Source: an uncultured Chryseobacterium sp.
Lineage (GTDB): Bacteria; Bacteroidota; Bacteroidia; Flavobacteriales_F; PHOS-HE28
Assembly: GCA_964394425.1 (NCBI GenBank)
Contig: CAYMXP010000004.1
Location: forward strand, 15,874 to 79,873
Length of the DNA stretch: 64,000 bases
Direction of reading: 5' to 3'
Below the pieces are notes generated by a model, which saw only the letters and a list, made by a program, of their open reading frames with translations, was not told the DNA's origin and did no database searches. Made by a program: the position numbers and the translations under genes. Every line of letters begins with the position of its first letter. The first letter of the stretch is position 1. Positions 1 to 12,435 of this stretch are shown here, piece after piece.

Positions 1-1
1 G

Positions 2-181
2 GCCAAAGCGGACGATCAGCGGTACTACGAATACTTCAGCGACCGGCGGTACTTCAAGTTCCCGGTGCGGTTGCAACGGATCATGGGCAAACCGGCCTTG
101 TTCGCGCTGAGCAACGGCTGGGCGAAGTATTTCCAGGTGGACCGGAACAGGAGGCTGGACTTCGAGCGGGGGGAGTTCTGA
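2..181 (+). CDS. 3' end of a CDS running in from upstream (hypothetical protein, C-terminal 59 aa)
   Basis: Open frame from the window edge (AKADDQRYYEYFSDRRYFKFPVRLQRIMGKPALFALSNGWAKYFQVDRNRRLDFERGEF) ending at TGA 179-181. No recognisable motif. Confidence 0.4.
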   Translation, partial: AKADDQRYYEYFSDRRYFKFPVRLQRIMGKPALFALSNGWAKYFQVDRNRRLDFERGEF

Positions 182-463
182 GCACCAGTTCGCATGATCA
201 CCACGGAGGCGCGGAGAGCACGGAGGATCGCGATGACAACACGCTGATGCAGGGCGAACGAGGCGGTAACATGGAACGGTGACCTCCGTGCCTCTGAGGT
301 GAACTGAAATTGCTAACGTTCTGAGGGGATCCGGAAAGCGGCCGCATCGCGCCCTGCCATGGGGCGGAAAGGGACCGTTCGCATGCCATGGCCACCACGG
401 GGTGATGCTGAACACCATCAACAGGCATCGGCCATGGAACGGTGTGCCGGGCGTGACCCGGGT

Positions 464-976
464 TCACCGTTCCATGGCCTCGCGCCGCATCATCAAACCC
501 TCCACGCTGTCCGGCACCAGGAACCAGCTCGGAGCGGTGAGGATCATCGATGCCCACTTCAGGTCACCGGAGATCACCAGCCAGCCCGTGCCGAAGAGGA
601 GCAGGATCCCGAACGCAAGGCCGGTGAGGTGCAGGCCGTAGAACACCCAACGCGGCACCTGCGGCTCGTGGTGGTCATGGCTTCGCATGGCGCGGCAAGG
701 ATGACGGAACCGGTCGTTGGCGGGAGGGGCGCTGGATGGTCCGGCCGCGTGGTAGTGCCGCAACCGACGGTCATATTCGGCGCGGCTCGCCGGATCGCTG
801 AGCACGGCATGGGCTTCGGCCACGGCGCGGAACACTTCGGCCGCGCGTGGCGCGGGGTTGCGGTCCGGGTGTACGCCCTTGGCCTTTTCCCGGTAGGCGC
901 GCTTGATCGTCCCGGCGTCCGCGTCGCGTGCGATGCCCAGCACCTTGTAGTGGTCGTAGCGGAGCATGCGGTCCAT
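464..976 (-). CDS. J-domain (DnaJ-like) membrane protein
   Basis: J-domain signature YKVLGIARDADAGTIKRAYREKAKGVHPDRNP with an HPD tripeptide. C-terminal hydrophobic segment WVFYGLHLTGLAFGILLLFGTGWLVI. Start placed at an internal ATG (MDRMLRYDHY), so the start is uncertain. Confidence 0.8.
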   Translation of the reverse strand: MDRMLRYDHYKVLGIARDADAGTIKRAYREKAKGVHPDRNPAPRAAEVFRAVAEAHAVLSDPASRAEYDRRLRHYHAAGPSSAPPANDRFRHPCRAMRSHDHHEPQVPRWVFYGLHLTGLAFGILLLFGTGWLVISGDLKWASMILTAPSWFLVPDSVEGLMMRREAMER

Positions 977-1189
977 GGCCTGCCGGTGTCTTGAGGCCCG
1001 TGCGGCGTGGTGGTCACCTCCCACGCTCCATCCGGGCGGCGTGCAACCTGGTATGGAACGCGGGAGCGCGGTACTTTCTGCTTGCTACCGTACGCCCGGG
1101 CCTGATACCATGACGCGCCCGGGGTGCCGCGGGTTGCTGCCCTGGTGGCCATCCATGAGGCCGGTCCGCTGGGAACCTCAAAAAAAGGC

Positions 1190-1690
1190 CTACGGCGATG
1201 CGGCATGCCGCCCGGGCATGTCAGACCAGGCCAGCGTACCCGCACCCGCATCGACCTCCGACCAGCGCGCGGCGTGCAGATCGATGCGCACGGTGGTGCA
1301 GGTGGGAAGGTCCAGGATGCCGCCGGTGAGGACGCTGACCAGATCGCTCAAGCCGGGGTTGTGGCCGAAGAGCATCACCCGCGCGGCATGGTCGGGCAGC
1401 GCGGCGATCACGCGGATGAGCAGGCCGGCGTCGGCGAGGTAGATGCGTTCGTCCTGAACGATGTCCCGCTCAGCCTGACCCAGGGCCAGCGCGAAATGGC
1501 CCGCCGTGGCGATGGCCCGCTTCGCCGGGCTGCTCACCAGCAGATCCACGGCCTCCTTTCTACCGGCGAACACCCGGGCCATGAAGGGCGCATCGCGCAG
1601 GCCGCGTTCGTTCAAGGGGCGGTCGAAGTCGCGCAGGCGCGGATCGTCCTTGCTGCTCTTGGCGTGGCGGGTGAGGTAGAGGGTGAGCAA
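1190..1690 (-). CDS. SixA-like histidine phosphatase family protein
   Basis: N-terminal LYLTRHAKS (RHG-type catalytic motif), RPLNERG, SSPAKRAIATA, FGHNPG. Size of 166 aa is typical of SixA. Confidence 0.8.
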   Translation of the reverse strand: MLTLYLTRHAKSSKDDPRLRDFDRPLNERGLRDAPFMARVFAGRKEAVDLLVSSPAKRAIATAGHFALALGQAERDIVQDERIYLADAGLLIRVIAALPDHAARVMLFGHNPGLSDLVSVLTGGILDLPTCTTVRIDLHAARWSEVDAGAGTLAWSDMPGRHAASP

Positions 1691-1767
1691 TCGGGTGAAT
1701 GGTTCGCAGCCGCGTGACGCGAAGATGCGCCATTTGCCGCTCGATCACGACCGGGTGGTGATGGCCG

Positions 1768-4413
<2,646 letters not shown>

Positions 4414-4540
4414 GTTCGATCGCCCCGGATGTACGCCGGGTGCCCGCGTTCGTCAAACGAAGTTCCAACATCGCGACGTGCCTTCAAAACGGAAGAACTG
4501 GCACCCGGGGGCGTCCGGGAATGACGGAACGGCGCGCTTC

Positions 4541-4548
4541 TACTTTTG
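4541..4548 (+). promoter_or_regulatory. Bacteroidota-type -7 promoter box (TAnnTTTG) upstream of the ECF sigma gene
   Basis: TACTTTTG lies 17 nt upstream of the ATG at 4565 and matches the TAnnTTTG consensus described for Bacteroidetes sigma-A promoters. Confidence 0.4.
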
Positions 4549-4564
4549 ACCGCGCCGACCGACC

Positions 4565-5128
4565 GTGGATCCAGCCAGCCCGATCGCCGCCGACCGCCCC
4601 GCCTTCGAGCGCTTGTTCCGCGAGCACTATCGCCCCCTCTGCGCGTTCGCCCTCCAGTATGTCAAGGACACGGACCGCGCCCAGGACCTCGTGCAGGATC
4701 TTTTCATCCGGCTTTGGGAGGATCGGGAGCGGACGGCGATCACCAGCTCGATCAAAAGCTACCTCTTCACCGCCGTGCGCAACCGCTGCCTCAATGCCTT
4801 GAGCGCCACCGCGCGCCTGCGGCCGTTGGACGACGCAGCCGATGATCGCGCGGAAGAGGATGCGGTCAGTGAGGATGAGCACGTCCGGCGCGCGGCACGC
4901 GTCCAGGCCGCGATCGAAGGTTTGCCGGAGGAGCGCAAGAAAGTCTTCCGCTTGAGCCGGGATGAAGGATTGAAGTACCAGGAGATCGCCGAGCGTCTGG
5001 GCATCTCGATCAAGACCGTGGAGAACCAGATGGGCAAGGCCTTGAAGACGTTGCGGGAAGAGCTGGCCGACCTGCTTCCATTGCTCGCATGGTTGATGGT
5101 ACTGTGGAACTGGCTGAGGAACGGATAG
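4565..5128 (+). CDS. RNA polymerase ECF-type sigma-70 factor
   Basis: Region 2 (DLVQDLFIRLWE) and region 4 HTH (LKYQEIAERLGISIKTVENQMGKAL). Followed directly by a FecR-type gene. Confidence 0.9.
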   Translation: MDPASPIAADRPAFERLFREHYRPLCAFALQYVKDTDRAQDLVQDLFIRLWEDRERTAITSSIKSYLFTAVRNRCLNALSATARLRPLDDAADDRAEEDAVSEDEHVRRAARVQAAIEGLPEERKKVFRLSRDEGLKYQEIAERLGISIKTVENQMGKALKTLREELADLLPLLAWLMVLWNWLRNG

Positions 5129-5167
5129 GGGTATGAAAGCGGAAGGCTGTCATAGAGGTAGGAAGCA

Positions 5168-6136
5168 TTGAACGACGACCGGCACATCAGCAGCGATCAG
5201 CTCGCGCGTTATCTCACCGGTGAGGCCGGGGCGGAGGAGCGTGCGGCGGTGGAGCAATGGGCGGCCATGAGCGTGGAGAACCAGCGCGAGCTGCAAGCCA
5301 TGCGCGCCGCATGGGAGATGAGCGCCGAAGGTGGTGCGCTCCCGGATGTCGATGTGGACGCGGCGTGGGACCGGGTGAGCCACGGTATCGGTGGCCGCGG
5401 TGGCGCCCGGGTGATCCCGATCGGACGCGCGCGTGCCGTGCGCTGGCTGGCCGTCGCCGCGGCGATCGCAGGACTGGTGTTCCTGATCCGCACGTTGATC
5501 GCCCCGGCGTCCCACGAGGTGATGGCCGGAGCCGGGCACGTGACGGCCACGCTTGATGACAGCAGCACGGTGGTGCTCTCCCCCGGATCGGAGCTGAGCG
5601 CGCGCCTGGGCAGGGAACGTCGGATCGTGCTGCGTGGCGAGGCCTATTTCGAGGTGCGCCGCGACGAGGCCCGGCCGTTCATCGTGGACGCCGGCGAACT
5701 GCGCGTGACCGTGCTGGGCACCGGCTTCGAGGTGACCGCCTACGACACGGCCGCCTCCGTACTGGTGCGCGTGCGCCATGGGCGCGTGGGGGTGGAAGCC
5801 AACGGCGACACCGTGGTGCTGGCCGCGGGAGAAAGGGCGCGCTACGATCGACCGCGGCACATCCTGCAACGCGAAGCCGCTCCACCGATGGAGGTCTGGG
5901 GCGAGCGGATCCTGCAGTTCGAGGGCGTGCCGCTGGCCGATGTGGCCGAGGAACTCGAAGGGATCTTCCACGTGCGCATCGAACTGGCCGATGAGCGGAT
6001 CGCGCGCTGCCGGCTGACGGCCACCTTCGAGGATGAACCGATCGACGCGGTGTTGCGCGTCATCGCCGAGACCTTCGGCCTCCGCGTGAACTCGATGGTC
6101 ACGGGACATTACGTGCTGGATGGCGATGGGTGTTGA
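5168..6136 (+). CDS. FecR family anti-sigma factor / sensor
   Basis: Short cytoplasmic N-terminus, a single TM (WLAVAAAIAGLVFLI) and a FecR-like periplasmic domain (GEAYFEV..., VLGTGFEV). Sits next to the ECF sigma gene. TTG start as given by the ORF track. Confidence 0.85.
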   Translation: MNDDRHISSDQLARYLTGEAGAEERAAVEQWAAMSVENQRELQAMRAAWEMSAEGGALPDVDVDAAWDRVSHGIGGRGGARVIPIGRARAVRWLAVAAAIAGLVFLIRTLIAPASHEVMAGAGHVTATLDDSSTVVLSPGSELSARLGRERRIVLRGEAYFEVRRDEARPFIVDAGELRVTVLGTGFEVTAYDTAASVLVRVRHGRVGVEANGDTVVLAAGERARYDRPRHILQREAAPPMEVWGERILQFEGVPLADVAEELEGIFHVRIELADERIARCRLTATFEDEPIDAVLRVIAETFGLRVNSMVTGHYVLDGDGC

Positions 6137-8027
6137 TCGCCGCATCGCGCTGGCCGCCGCGCTGCTCGCCCCGGCCCTGCTCCCCGCGCAGCGATCCATC
6201 CTCGACCGCCCGGTGGAGGTGCATGCGAACAACGTGCGCCTTTCCGAAGCCCTGGCGATGATCGCCCGCGATGGCGGCTTCAAGCTCAGCTACAATTCCG
6301 CGCTGGTGAAGGGTGACAGCGTCGTGAACTTCTCTTCATCCGGCACGGTCGAAGCGGTGATGCGCCCCCTGGTGGGCCGTCGCATCCGCATGAAGGAGAG
6401 CGGCGCCCACCTGATCCTGCTCGAGGAAGGCACGGGCAGGCGGAAGTTCACCGCCACCGGCACGGTGGTGGACCGCGCCACGGGCGATGGATTGGCCATG
6501 GCCTCCATCCACGAGGTGTCGGAGAACAACTCCGCCATCACCGACGCGCAAGGACACTTCTCCATCGAGTTGTCCGGACGGCGCGACCGGACGCCGCTGC
6601 TGCTCTCGCGCAGGGATCACCGCGATACGGTGGTCTACGTGGGTCGTGATGGCGGGGTGGGCCGGGTGGCGCTGCAGGCTCTGGGGCAGGTGGAGCACAT
6701 GGAGGTGCGCTGCGAGTTCGATCGCTGCGCGGTGGAGGAACTCGGCGTGGCCCGCCTGCTGGTGCCCGAAGCACAGATGGACCAGGCCTCGAACATGACG
6801 GCGGTCGAACGGCGGACCATCCAGGCCTCGTTGTGGCCCAGCGTCGGCACCAACCGCAAGATCAGCGGCGCCGTGGTGAACCAATGGTCCTTCAACCTGC
6901 TGGCCGGCTATGCGCGCGGGCTCGAAGGCTTCGAACTGGGGGTGGGCGTGAACATCGAACGCGAGGATGTGAAGGGTGCGCAGATCGCGGGGCTGGCCAA
7001 CCTGGTGGGCCGCAACACCAGCGGCGTGCAGGTGGCCGGTGGATTGAACCACACGATGCGCTCGCTCAACGGCCTGCAGATCGGCGGCCTGGGCAACACG
7101 GTGTGGGACACCCTGAGCGGCGTGCAGATCGGCGGCGGCGCCAACGTGGTGAAGGGCGGCATGCGCGGGACGCAATTCGCCGGCTTCTGCAACGTCACCA
7201 CGCAGAAGCTGGACGGCGCGCAGATCGCCGGCGGCGTGAACGTGACGGTGAAGGACGTGAACAAGGCGCAGGTGGCCGGCGGCTTCAACTACGGCCGCGA
7301 GGTGCGCGGCGCGCAGGTGGCCGGCGGCTTGAACTTCGCCTGGCGCGGTGTGGGGGGCGGCCAGGTGGCCGGAGGGATCAACTATGCGCGACAGGTCACC
7401 GGCGGGCAGGTGGCCGGCGGGGTCAACGTCGCCGTCGATACCGTCCGCGGCGGGCAGGTGGGCGTGGTCAATTTCGGTCGCGTGGTCGAAGGAGGGCAGG
7501 TGGGCATCCTCAACGTCAGCGACACGATCTCGGGCGGCAGCGTGGGCTTCCTGAGCTTCGCATGGCGCGGCTACCACCGCTTCGAGTTCTCGACCACCGA
7601 TGCGCTGCCGTTCACCATGGCTTTCCGCACCGGCACGCGCGCCTTCCACAATACGTTCAGCTATTCACCGCCGCTCTTCGACGAGCGATGGGGATTCGGA
7701 TATGGCATGGGCACCGAAGCGCGGCTCGGGCAACGCGGCTGCCTCAACATCGAGGTCACCGCCGAGCACGTGAACGAACAGACCGCCTGGATCGATGCGG
7801 TGAACATCCTGGGCCGGCTCGAAGTGCTGCCGGGCCTGAACATCGGTCGGCACGTGGTGCTTTTCGCCGGCCCCACCTGCGATCTGCTTTTCAGCGACTG
7901 GCGCGATGCGGAGGGCAACTACCTGAGCACCATCGCGCCCGCGAACCCGCTCGCGGACGAGATCCAGGACGACCTGCGCCTGCAGACCTGGATCGGCTTC
8001 CGCGCCGGCCTGGGCCTGCGGTTCTGA
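6120..8027 (+). CDS. STN-domain / CarboxypepD_reg-like outer-membrane protein with about 12 tandem ~19-aa G-x-Q-[VI]-[AG]-G repeats
   Basis: STN-like segment (VRLSEALAMIARDGGFKLSYNSALV), then a CarboxypepD_reg-like segment (FTATGTVVDRATGDGLAMASIHEV...DAQGHFSIEL). Repeats of the form GAQIAGLANLV / GVQVAGGLNH / GAQVAGGFNY follow. The C-terminus ends in an aromatic residue (LGLRF), as in OM beta-barrels. Confidence 0.8.
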   Translation: MAMGVDRRIALAAALLAPALLPAQRSILDRPVEVHANNVRLSEALAMIARDGGFKLSYNSALVKGDSVVNFSSSGTVEAVMRPLVGRRIRMKESGAHLILLEEGTGRRKFTATGTVVDRATGDGLAMASIHEVSENNSAITDAQGHFSIELSGRRDRTPLLLSRRDHRDTVVYVGRDGGVGRVALQALGQVEHMEVRCEFDRCAVEELGVARLLVPEAQMDQASNMTAVERRTIQASLWPSVGTNRKISGAVVNQWSFNLLAGYARGLEGFELGVGVNIEREDVKGAQIAGLANLVGRNTSGVQVAGGLNHTMRSLNGLQIGGLGNTVWDTLSGVQIGGGANVVKGGMRGTQFAGFCNVTTQKLDGAQIAGGVNVTVKDVNKAQVAGGFNYGREVRGAQVAGGLNFAWRGVGGGQVAGGINYARQVTGGQVAGGVNVAVDTVRGGQVGVVNFGRVVEGGQVGILNVSDTISGGSVGFLSFAWRGYHRFEFSTTDALPFTMAFRTGTRAFHNTFSYSPPLFDERWGFGYGMGTEARLGQRGCLNIEVTAEHVNEQTAWIDAVNILGRLEVLPGLNIGRHVVLFAGPTCDLLFSDWRDAEGNYLSTIAPANPLADEIQDDLRLQTWIGFRAGLGLRF

Positions 8028-8097
8028 ACTTTTTTTTTCCCCCGGATGGGGGTAGCCGGAGAGGCCGCTGTCTTAGGGGAAACCGACCACGACCCCC

Positions 8098-10470
8098 ATG
8101 CACTTCCGCGACCTCAGGACCTTTCTCAGCCTGCTCATCGCCGGCCCCATCGCCATCCACCTCGCCGCCCAGGGACCGGCGCCGGGCCTTCACCAGACCG
8201 TGCGCGGCACCGTGCTGGACAACGACACCCGTGAGCCGCTGTTCGGCGCCAGTGTGATCGTGGTGGGCACCGATCCGCTGCTCGGTGCGGGCGCCGATGT
8301 CGACGGCCGCTTCATCATCCCGCAGGTGCCCACCGGCCGCATCGACCTGCTGATCCGCGCCGTGGGTTACGAGGAACAGCTGATGCCCAACCTGCTGGTG
8401 GTCTCGGGCAAGGAACTCGTGCTGAACGTGATGATGCAGGGCTCGGTGACCATGCTGCAGGCGGCCACCGTCACGGCCGACAAGCCCAACGGCGAGCTGC
8501 GCAACGACATGGCCGTGGTGAGCGCGCGCAAGATCAGCGTGGAAGAGACCTCGCGCATCGCCGGCGGCATCAACGACCCGGCGCGCATGGTGGCCACTTT
8601 CCCGGGCGTGGCCGGCGACCCCACCGGCGACAACAGCATCATCGTTCGCGGCAACTCGCCCAAGGGCGTGCTGTGGCGCCTCGAAGGGATCGAGATCCCC
8701 AATCCGAACCATTTCAGCGAGGAAGGCAGCACCGGTGGGCCGATCAACGTGCTGAACAGCGACATGCTCGACAATTCGGAGTTCTACACGGGGGCGTTCG
8801 CACCCGAGTACGGCAACGCCACCAGCGCCGTGTTCGACATGCGGCTGCGCAACGGCAATGATCAAAAGCGCGAATACACCTTGAAGGCCGGCATCCTCGG
8901 CACCGACCTCACGGCGGAAGGACCATTGCCCGGGCTGAACGGCGCCTCCTACCTGGCCAACTACCGGTATTCCACCCTCGCGCTGCTCGACCAGGCCGGC
9001 ATCGTCGACTACCAGGGCGTCCCGAAGTACACCGATGCCTCGTTCAACGTGAAGCTGCCCACGCCGCACATGGGTGTGCTCTCCGTCTTCGGCCTCGGCG
9101 GGATGAGCCACATCATCCAGGAGGAGCGCACCGAGACGGGCGACACGCTGTATGGACGTTCGGACTACGGCTCGCGCATGGGCGTGATCGGCCTCACCCA
9201 CACCGTGCGGCTGGGCGACGACAGCTACCTGCGCAGCATCGTGTCGATGAGCGGCAACGGCAGCACCTGGGACTACGACGCCACGACCGCTCCCGGGGAG
9301 GTGGAGCTCGCTCCGTACGGCAACGACGACCTGAACCGTTGGGCCACGCGCATCAGCACCACGCTCAACAACAAGCTCAGCGCGAAGCACACGTTGCGTT
9401 CAGGCGTCATCGTCTCGGTGGATCAATACCGCATGTCCTCGAGCTACTTCAATGAAGAGAGCGACCGGATGGAAACCACGCTCGATGACGACGGGCAGGC
9501 CACGACTTTTCAAGCCTTCTCCAGTTGGAAGTGGCGCTGGAACGAACGCTGGAGCATGACCAGCGGCTTCCACGTGCTGCACTACGCCATGAACGGCAGC
9601 ACCTCCGTGGAACCCCGGCTGGGCCTTCGCTTCCAGATGCGTCCCGATCGCGCGCTGACCTTCGGTACCGGACTGCATTCTCGCACCGAAGGGGTGATGA
9701 CCTACCTCGCGCGGAACACCGATGCGAACGGGAACGCCCACCAGCCGAACCACGATCTGGGCCTTTCCCACGCCGCCCATTTCGTGATCGGCTACGAGCA
9801 GATGTTCGCCGAGGACATCCAGTTCAAGGTGGAGACCTACTACCAGCAACTGTACGGCGTGCCGGTGGAGAACGATCCCACCAGTTCGTTCAGCACGCTG
9901 AACATGTCCGCCTGGTTCACCAACAAGCCACTGGTGAACGAAGGTGTGGGACGCAACTATGGGACGGAGCTGTCCATCGAGAAGTTCTTCACCCGCGGAT
10001 GGCACGGCCTGGCGACCGTCTCGCTGTGCGATGCGCGCTACAAGCCGCTCGATGGCGAATGGCACAACTCACGGTACAACATCGGCAGGGTCGCGAACGT
10101 GCTGGCCGGTAAGGAGTGGAAGGTTGGCGGTGAAGGGAAGGACCGTGTGCTGGGAGCGGGATTCCGTTATTCCCTGATGGGTGGTGTGTACGCCACGCCG
10201 ATCGACCTGGAGGCGAGCATCGAGGCCGGCGTGGAAAAGGAGGGAAGCCCGGCATGGAGCGAGAAGGGCGACGACATCCACAAGCTCGACCTGGTCTGCA
10301 CCTACCGCGTCGGCCGCCCAAAGGCGAGCCACGAGTTCAAGCTGGACGTGCAGAACGTGCTGAACGCCCAGACCCCGGTGTACCATTACTTCGATGCGCG
10401 CACCGGTACCATCAAGGATGTGCCGCAGCTGGCCTTGTTGCCCGTGCTGCAATACACCCTGCGGTTCTGA
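8098..10470 (+). CDS. TonB-dependent receptor (CarboxypepD_reg N-terminus, plug, beta-barrel)
   Basis: Signal peptide, VRGTVLDNDTREPLFGASVIVVG, plug motif IVRGNSPKGVLWRLEGIEI, and 790 aa ending in ...LQYTLRF. Confidence 0.9.
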   Translation: MHFRDLRTFLSLLIAGPIAIHLAAQGPAPGLHQTVRGTVLDNDTREPLFGASVIVVGTDPLLGAGADVDGRFIIPQVPTGRIDLLIRAVGYEEQLMPNLLVVSGKELVLNVMMQGSVTMLQAATVTADKPNGELRNDMAVVSARKISVEETSRIAGGINDPARMVATFPGVAGDPTGDNSIIVRGNSPKGVLWRLEGIEIPNPNHFSEEGSTGGPINVLNSDMLDNSEFYTGAFAPEYGNATSAVFDMRLRNGNDQKREYTLKAGILGTDLTAEGPLPGLNGASYLANYRYSTLALLDQAGIVDYQGVPKYTDASFNVKLPTPHMGVLSVFGLGGMSHIIQEERTETGDTLYGRSDYGSRMGVIGLTHTVRLGDDSYLRSIVSMSGNGSTWDYDATTAPGEVELAPYGNDDLNRWATRISTTLNNKLSAKHTLRSGVIVSVDQYRMSSSYFNEESDRMETTLDDDGQATTFQAFSSWKWRWNERWSMTSGFHVLHYAMNGSTSVEPRLGLRFQMRPDRALTFGTGLHSRTEGVMTYLARNTDANGNAHQPNHDLGLSHAAHFVIGYEQMFAEDIQFKVETYYQQLYGVPVENDPTSSFSTLNMSAWFTNKPLVNEGVGRNYGTELSIEKFFTRGWHGLATVSLCDARYKPLDGEWHNSRYNIGRVANVLAGKEWKVGGEGKDRVLGAGFRYSLMGGVYATPIDLEASIEAGVEKEGSPAWSEKGDDIHKLDLVCTYRVGRPKASHEFKLDVQNVLNAQTPVYHYFDARTGTIKDVPQLALLPVLQYTLRF

Positions 10471-10476
10471 GCGGCC

Positions 10477-10893
10477 TCAGTGGAAAATGGCCGCGGCGAG
10501 CACCACGATGACCACCCCGATCACCAGCGCCAGACGCCCCATGAGCACGGCCCTGGGCATCCCTTTGAGATCGCCGCCACGCGCCTTGCGCGTAATGCTG
10601 GTGATCATGCCCACCAGGCCGGCGAGCACCACGTACAGCACCAGCTTGAGGATCAGCAGCGGGTTGTCCCCGAGCGTCCGCCAGTACGGCGTCATCAGGT
10701 AGCCGCCCGAAAGCAGCAGCAGCACCAGGCCCAGGTGGCCCATGCGGCCGATGTGGGTCACGTTCAACATGAATTCACGGCCCTTGGCGGCTTCCATTTT
10801 GGAGGCCGCCATGCCCAGGAAGAGCACGGCGAAGGAGGTTCCCAGGCCCAGGGCCAGGCCCAGGAAGTGAAGGACGAGCATGGTCTCGCGCAT
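10477..10893 (-). CDS. small integral membrane protein (about 4 TM), function unknown
   Basis: 138 aa with four hydrophobic segments (LVLHFLGLALGLGTSFAVLFLGM, HLGLVLLLLSGGYLM, LILKLVLYVVLAGLVGMI, LALVIGVVIVVLAAAIF). Confidence 0.65.
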   Translation of the reverse strand: MRETMLVLHFLGLALGLGTSFAVLFLGMAASKMEAAKGREFMLNVTHIGRMGHLGLVLLLLSGGYLMTPYWRTLGDNPLLILKLVLYVVLAGLVGMITSITRKARGGDLKGMPRAVLMGRLALVIGVVIVVLAAAIFH

Positions 10894-11012
10894 GGTCGAT
10901 GGTTTTTTTGGATGGCGAACATAACCCGATCGGCGCGATGGAACAGGATCGCGAACGGGGTCGGGGCGATCGGCGGCGCGTTCATCATCCTATTTTCAGC
11001 GCCGCGATCCCC

Positions 11013-11597
11013 ATGGCCGATCTGCTGGACCTCGACCCCGCCAGCACGCTGCATCCGCGGCGCGGCCGCCTGCTGGTGTCGGAGCCCTACCTGCCCGATC
11101 CGTATTTCAGGCGGACCGTGGTGCTGCTGTGCGAGCACAACGACGAAGGCTCCTTCGGCTTCGTGCTCAACCGCTTCATCGACATGGGCATCAACGACCT
11201 GATGGAGAACATGCCGCGGATCACCACGCGCATCAGCATCGGCGGGCCGGTGCAGAGCGGCAACCTCTATTATCTGCACACCTTCGGCGCCCGCATCGAG
11301 GGCAGCCTCGAGGTGGTGGACGGCGTTCACATGGGCGGCGATTTCGAACAGATGCGCGCGGTGCTGGCCACCGATCCCAAACTCGCCCGCCACGTGCGCT
11401 TCTTCGTGGGCTATTCGGGCTGGGGCGAGAAGCAGCTGGACAAGGAACTCAAGGAGCGGTCCTGGCTGGTGTCGCGCGCCGACAAGATGCGCGTGATGAA
11501 CACCGGCGGGAAGGACATCTGGGGCGACACGCTGCGGTCCATGGGCCGGCGCTTCGCTCCGCTGGCCAATTTCCCCGACGACCCGTCGCTCAACTGA
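11013..11597 (+). CDS. YqgE/AlgH family protein (UPF0301)
   Basis: GRLLVSEPYLPDPYFRRTVVLLCEHNDEGSFGFVLNR and FVGYSGWGEKQLDKEL are typical of the family. Start moved to the internal ATG 11013. Confidence 0.85.
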   Translation: MADLLDLDPASTLHPRRGRLLVSEPYLPDPYFRRTVVLLCEHNDEGSFGFVLNRFIDMGINDLMENMPRITTRISIGGPVQSGNLYYLHTFGARIEGSLEVVDGVHMGGDFEQMRAVLATDPKLARHVRFFVGYSGWGEKQLDKELKERSWLVSRADKMRVMNTGGKDIWGDTLRSMGRRFAPLANFPDDPSLN

Positions 11598-12435
11598 TCG
11601 CGCGAGCGGCCAGCAGATCCACCAACGTGCCCGACAGGCGATGCGTGTATCGCTTGGTGCGGTACGCCGCCACCCACTGGATGCCGCGGATGGCATTGGT
11701 GAAGAACATCTCGTCGGCCGCAAGCAGGTTCTGCGGGTTCAGCGAGCACTCGTACACCTTGATGCCGTTGCCCAGCGCCAGGTTGATCACCTGCATGCGC
11801 ATCACCCCGCCGATGCAGCCATCGCTCAGCGACGGGGTGTACAGCACGCCGTTGCTCACGATGAACAGGTTCCCGCTGCTGCTCTCGATGATGTTGCCCC
11901 GGTCGTTCTGCACCAGGCATTCGTCCAGCGAGCGATCCTTGCACCACAGGCTGGCCATGATGCAGAACAGGCCGTTGAGCGTCTTATGCACGGCCAGCAG
12001 GTTCGCCGGCTTGCGCATCTCCGGATAGATGTCCACGGTAAGGCCCTGTTCGTTGAGCACATAGGTCTCCGCTTCCAGGGGATGCAGCTCCAGCACATAG
12101 CTGCCATCGCCGCCGTCGGGGCGGTAGTGCCCGCCGGCATCGCGGCTCACCGTGAGGCGCGCGCGCCCGCTGGCGATGCCCGAGCGCCGCGACAGGTCGA
12201 GGAGCTGCCGTTCAAGGCTCGCGCGATCCAGTGCGGCCGGCATCTGGATGCGCAGCACCTTGAGGCTCTCGCCAAGGCGGGCCCAATGCGCGTCCAGGAA
12301 GCAGGGGCGCCCGTTGATCACGCGGATGCTCTCGAACACGCCGTCGCCGTAATGGAACGCGCGGGAGCGCACCGGCACGGCGGCGGCATCGGACGCGAGC
12401 CACTTCCCATCCACGATCACGAAGGAGCCGCTCAT
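11590..12435 (-). CDS. aminotransferase class IV (branched-chain aminotransferase / aminodeoxychorismate lyase-like)
   Basis: RAFHYGDGVFESIRV, HKTLN, ESSSGNLFIV and PSLSDGCIGGVMR motifs of fold-type IV PLP enzymes. Confidence 0.85.
   Translation of the reverse strand: MSGSFVIVDGKWLASDAAAVPVRSRAFHYGDGVFESIRVINGRPCFLDAHWARLGESLKVLRIQMPAALDRASLERQLLDLSRRSGIASGRARLTVSRDAGGHYRPDGGDGSYVLELHPLEAETYVLNEQGLTVDIYPEMRKPANLLAVHKTLNGLFCIMASLWCKDRSLDECLVQNDRGNIIESSSGNLFIVSNGVLYTPSLSDGCIGGVMRMQVINLALGNGIKVYECSLNPQNLLAADEMFFTNAIRGIQWVAAYRTKRYTHRLSGTLVDLLAARAIS

Noticed and set aside
198-557. 119-aa minus-strand ORF, and 359-994 / 402-641 plus-strand ORFs in the first kilobase.
   Set aside because: They are low-complexity, overlap the J-domain gene or the structured non-coding gap, and have no motifs. 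They are probably spurious.
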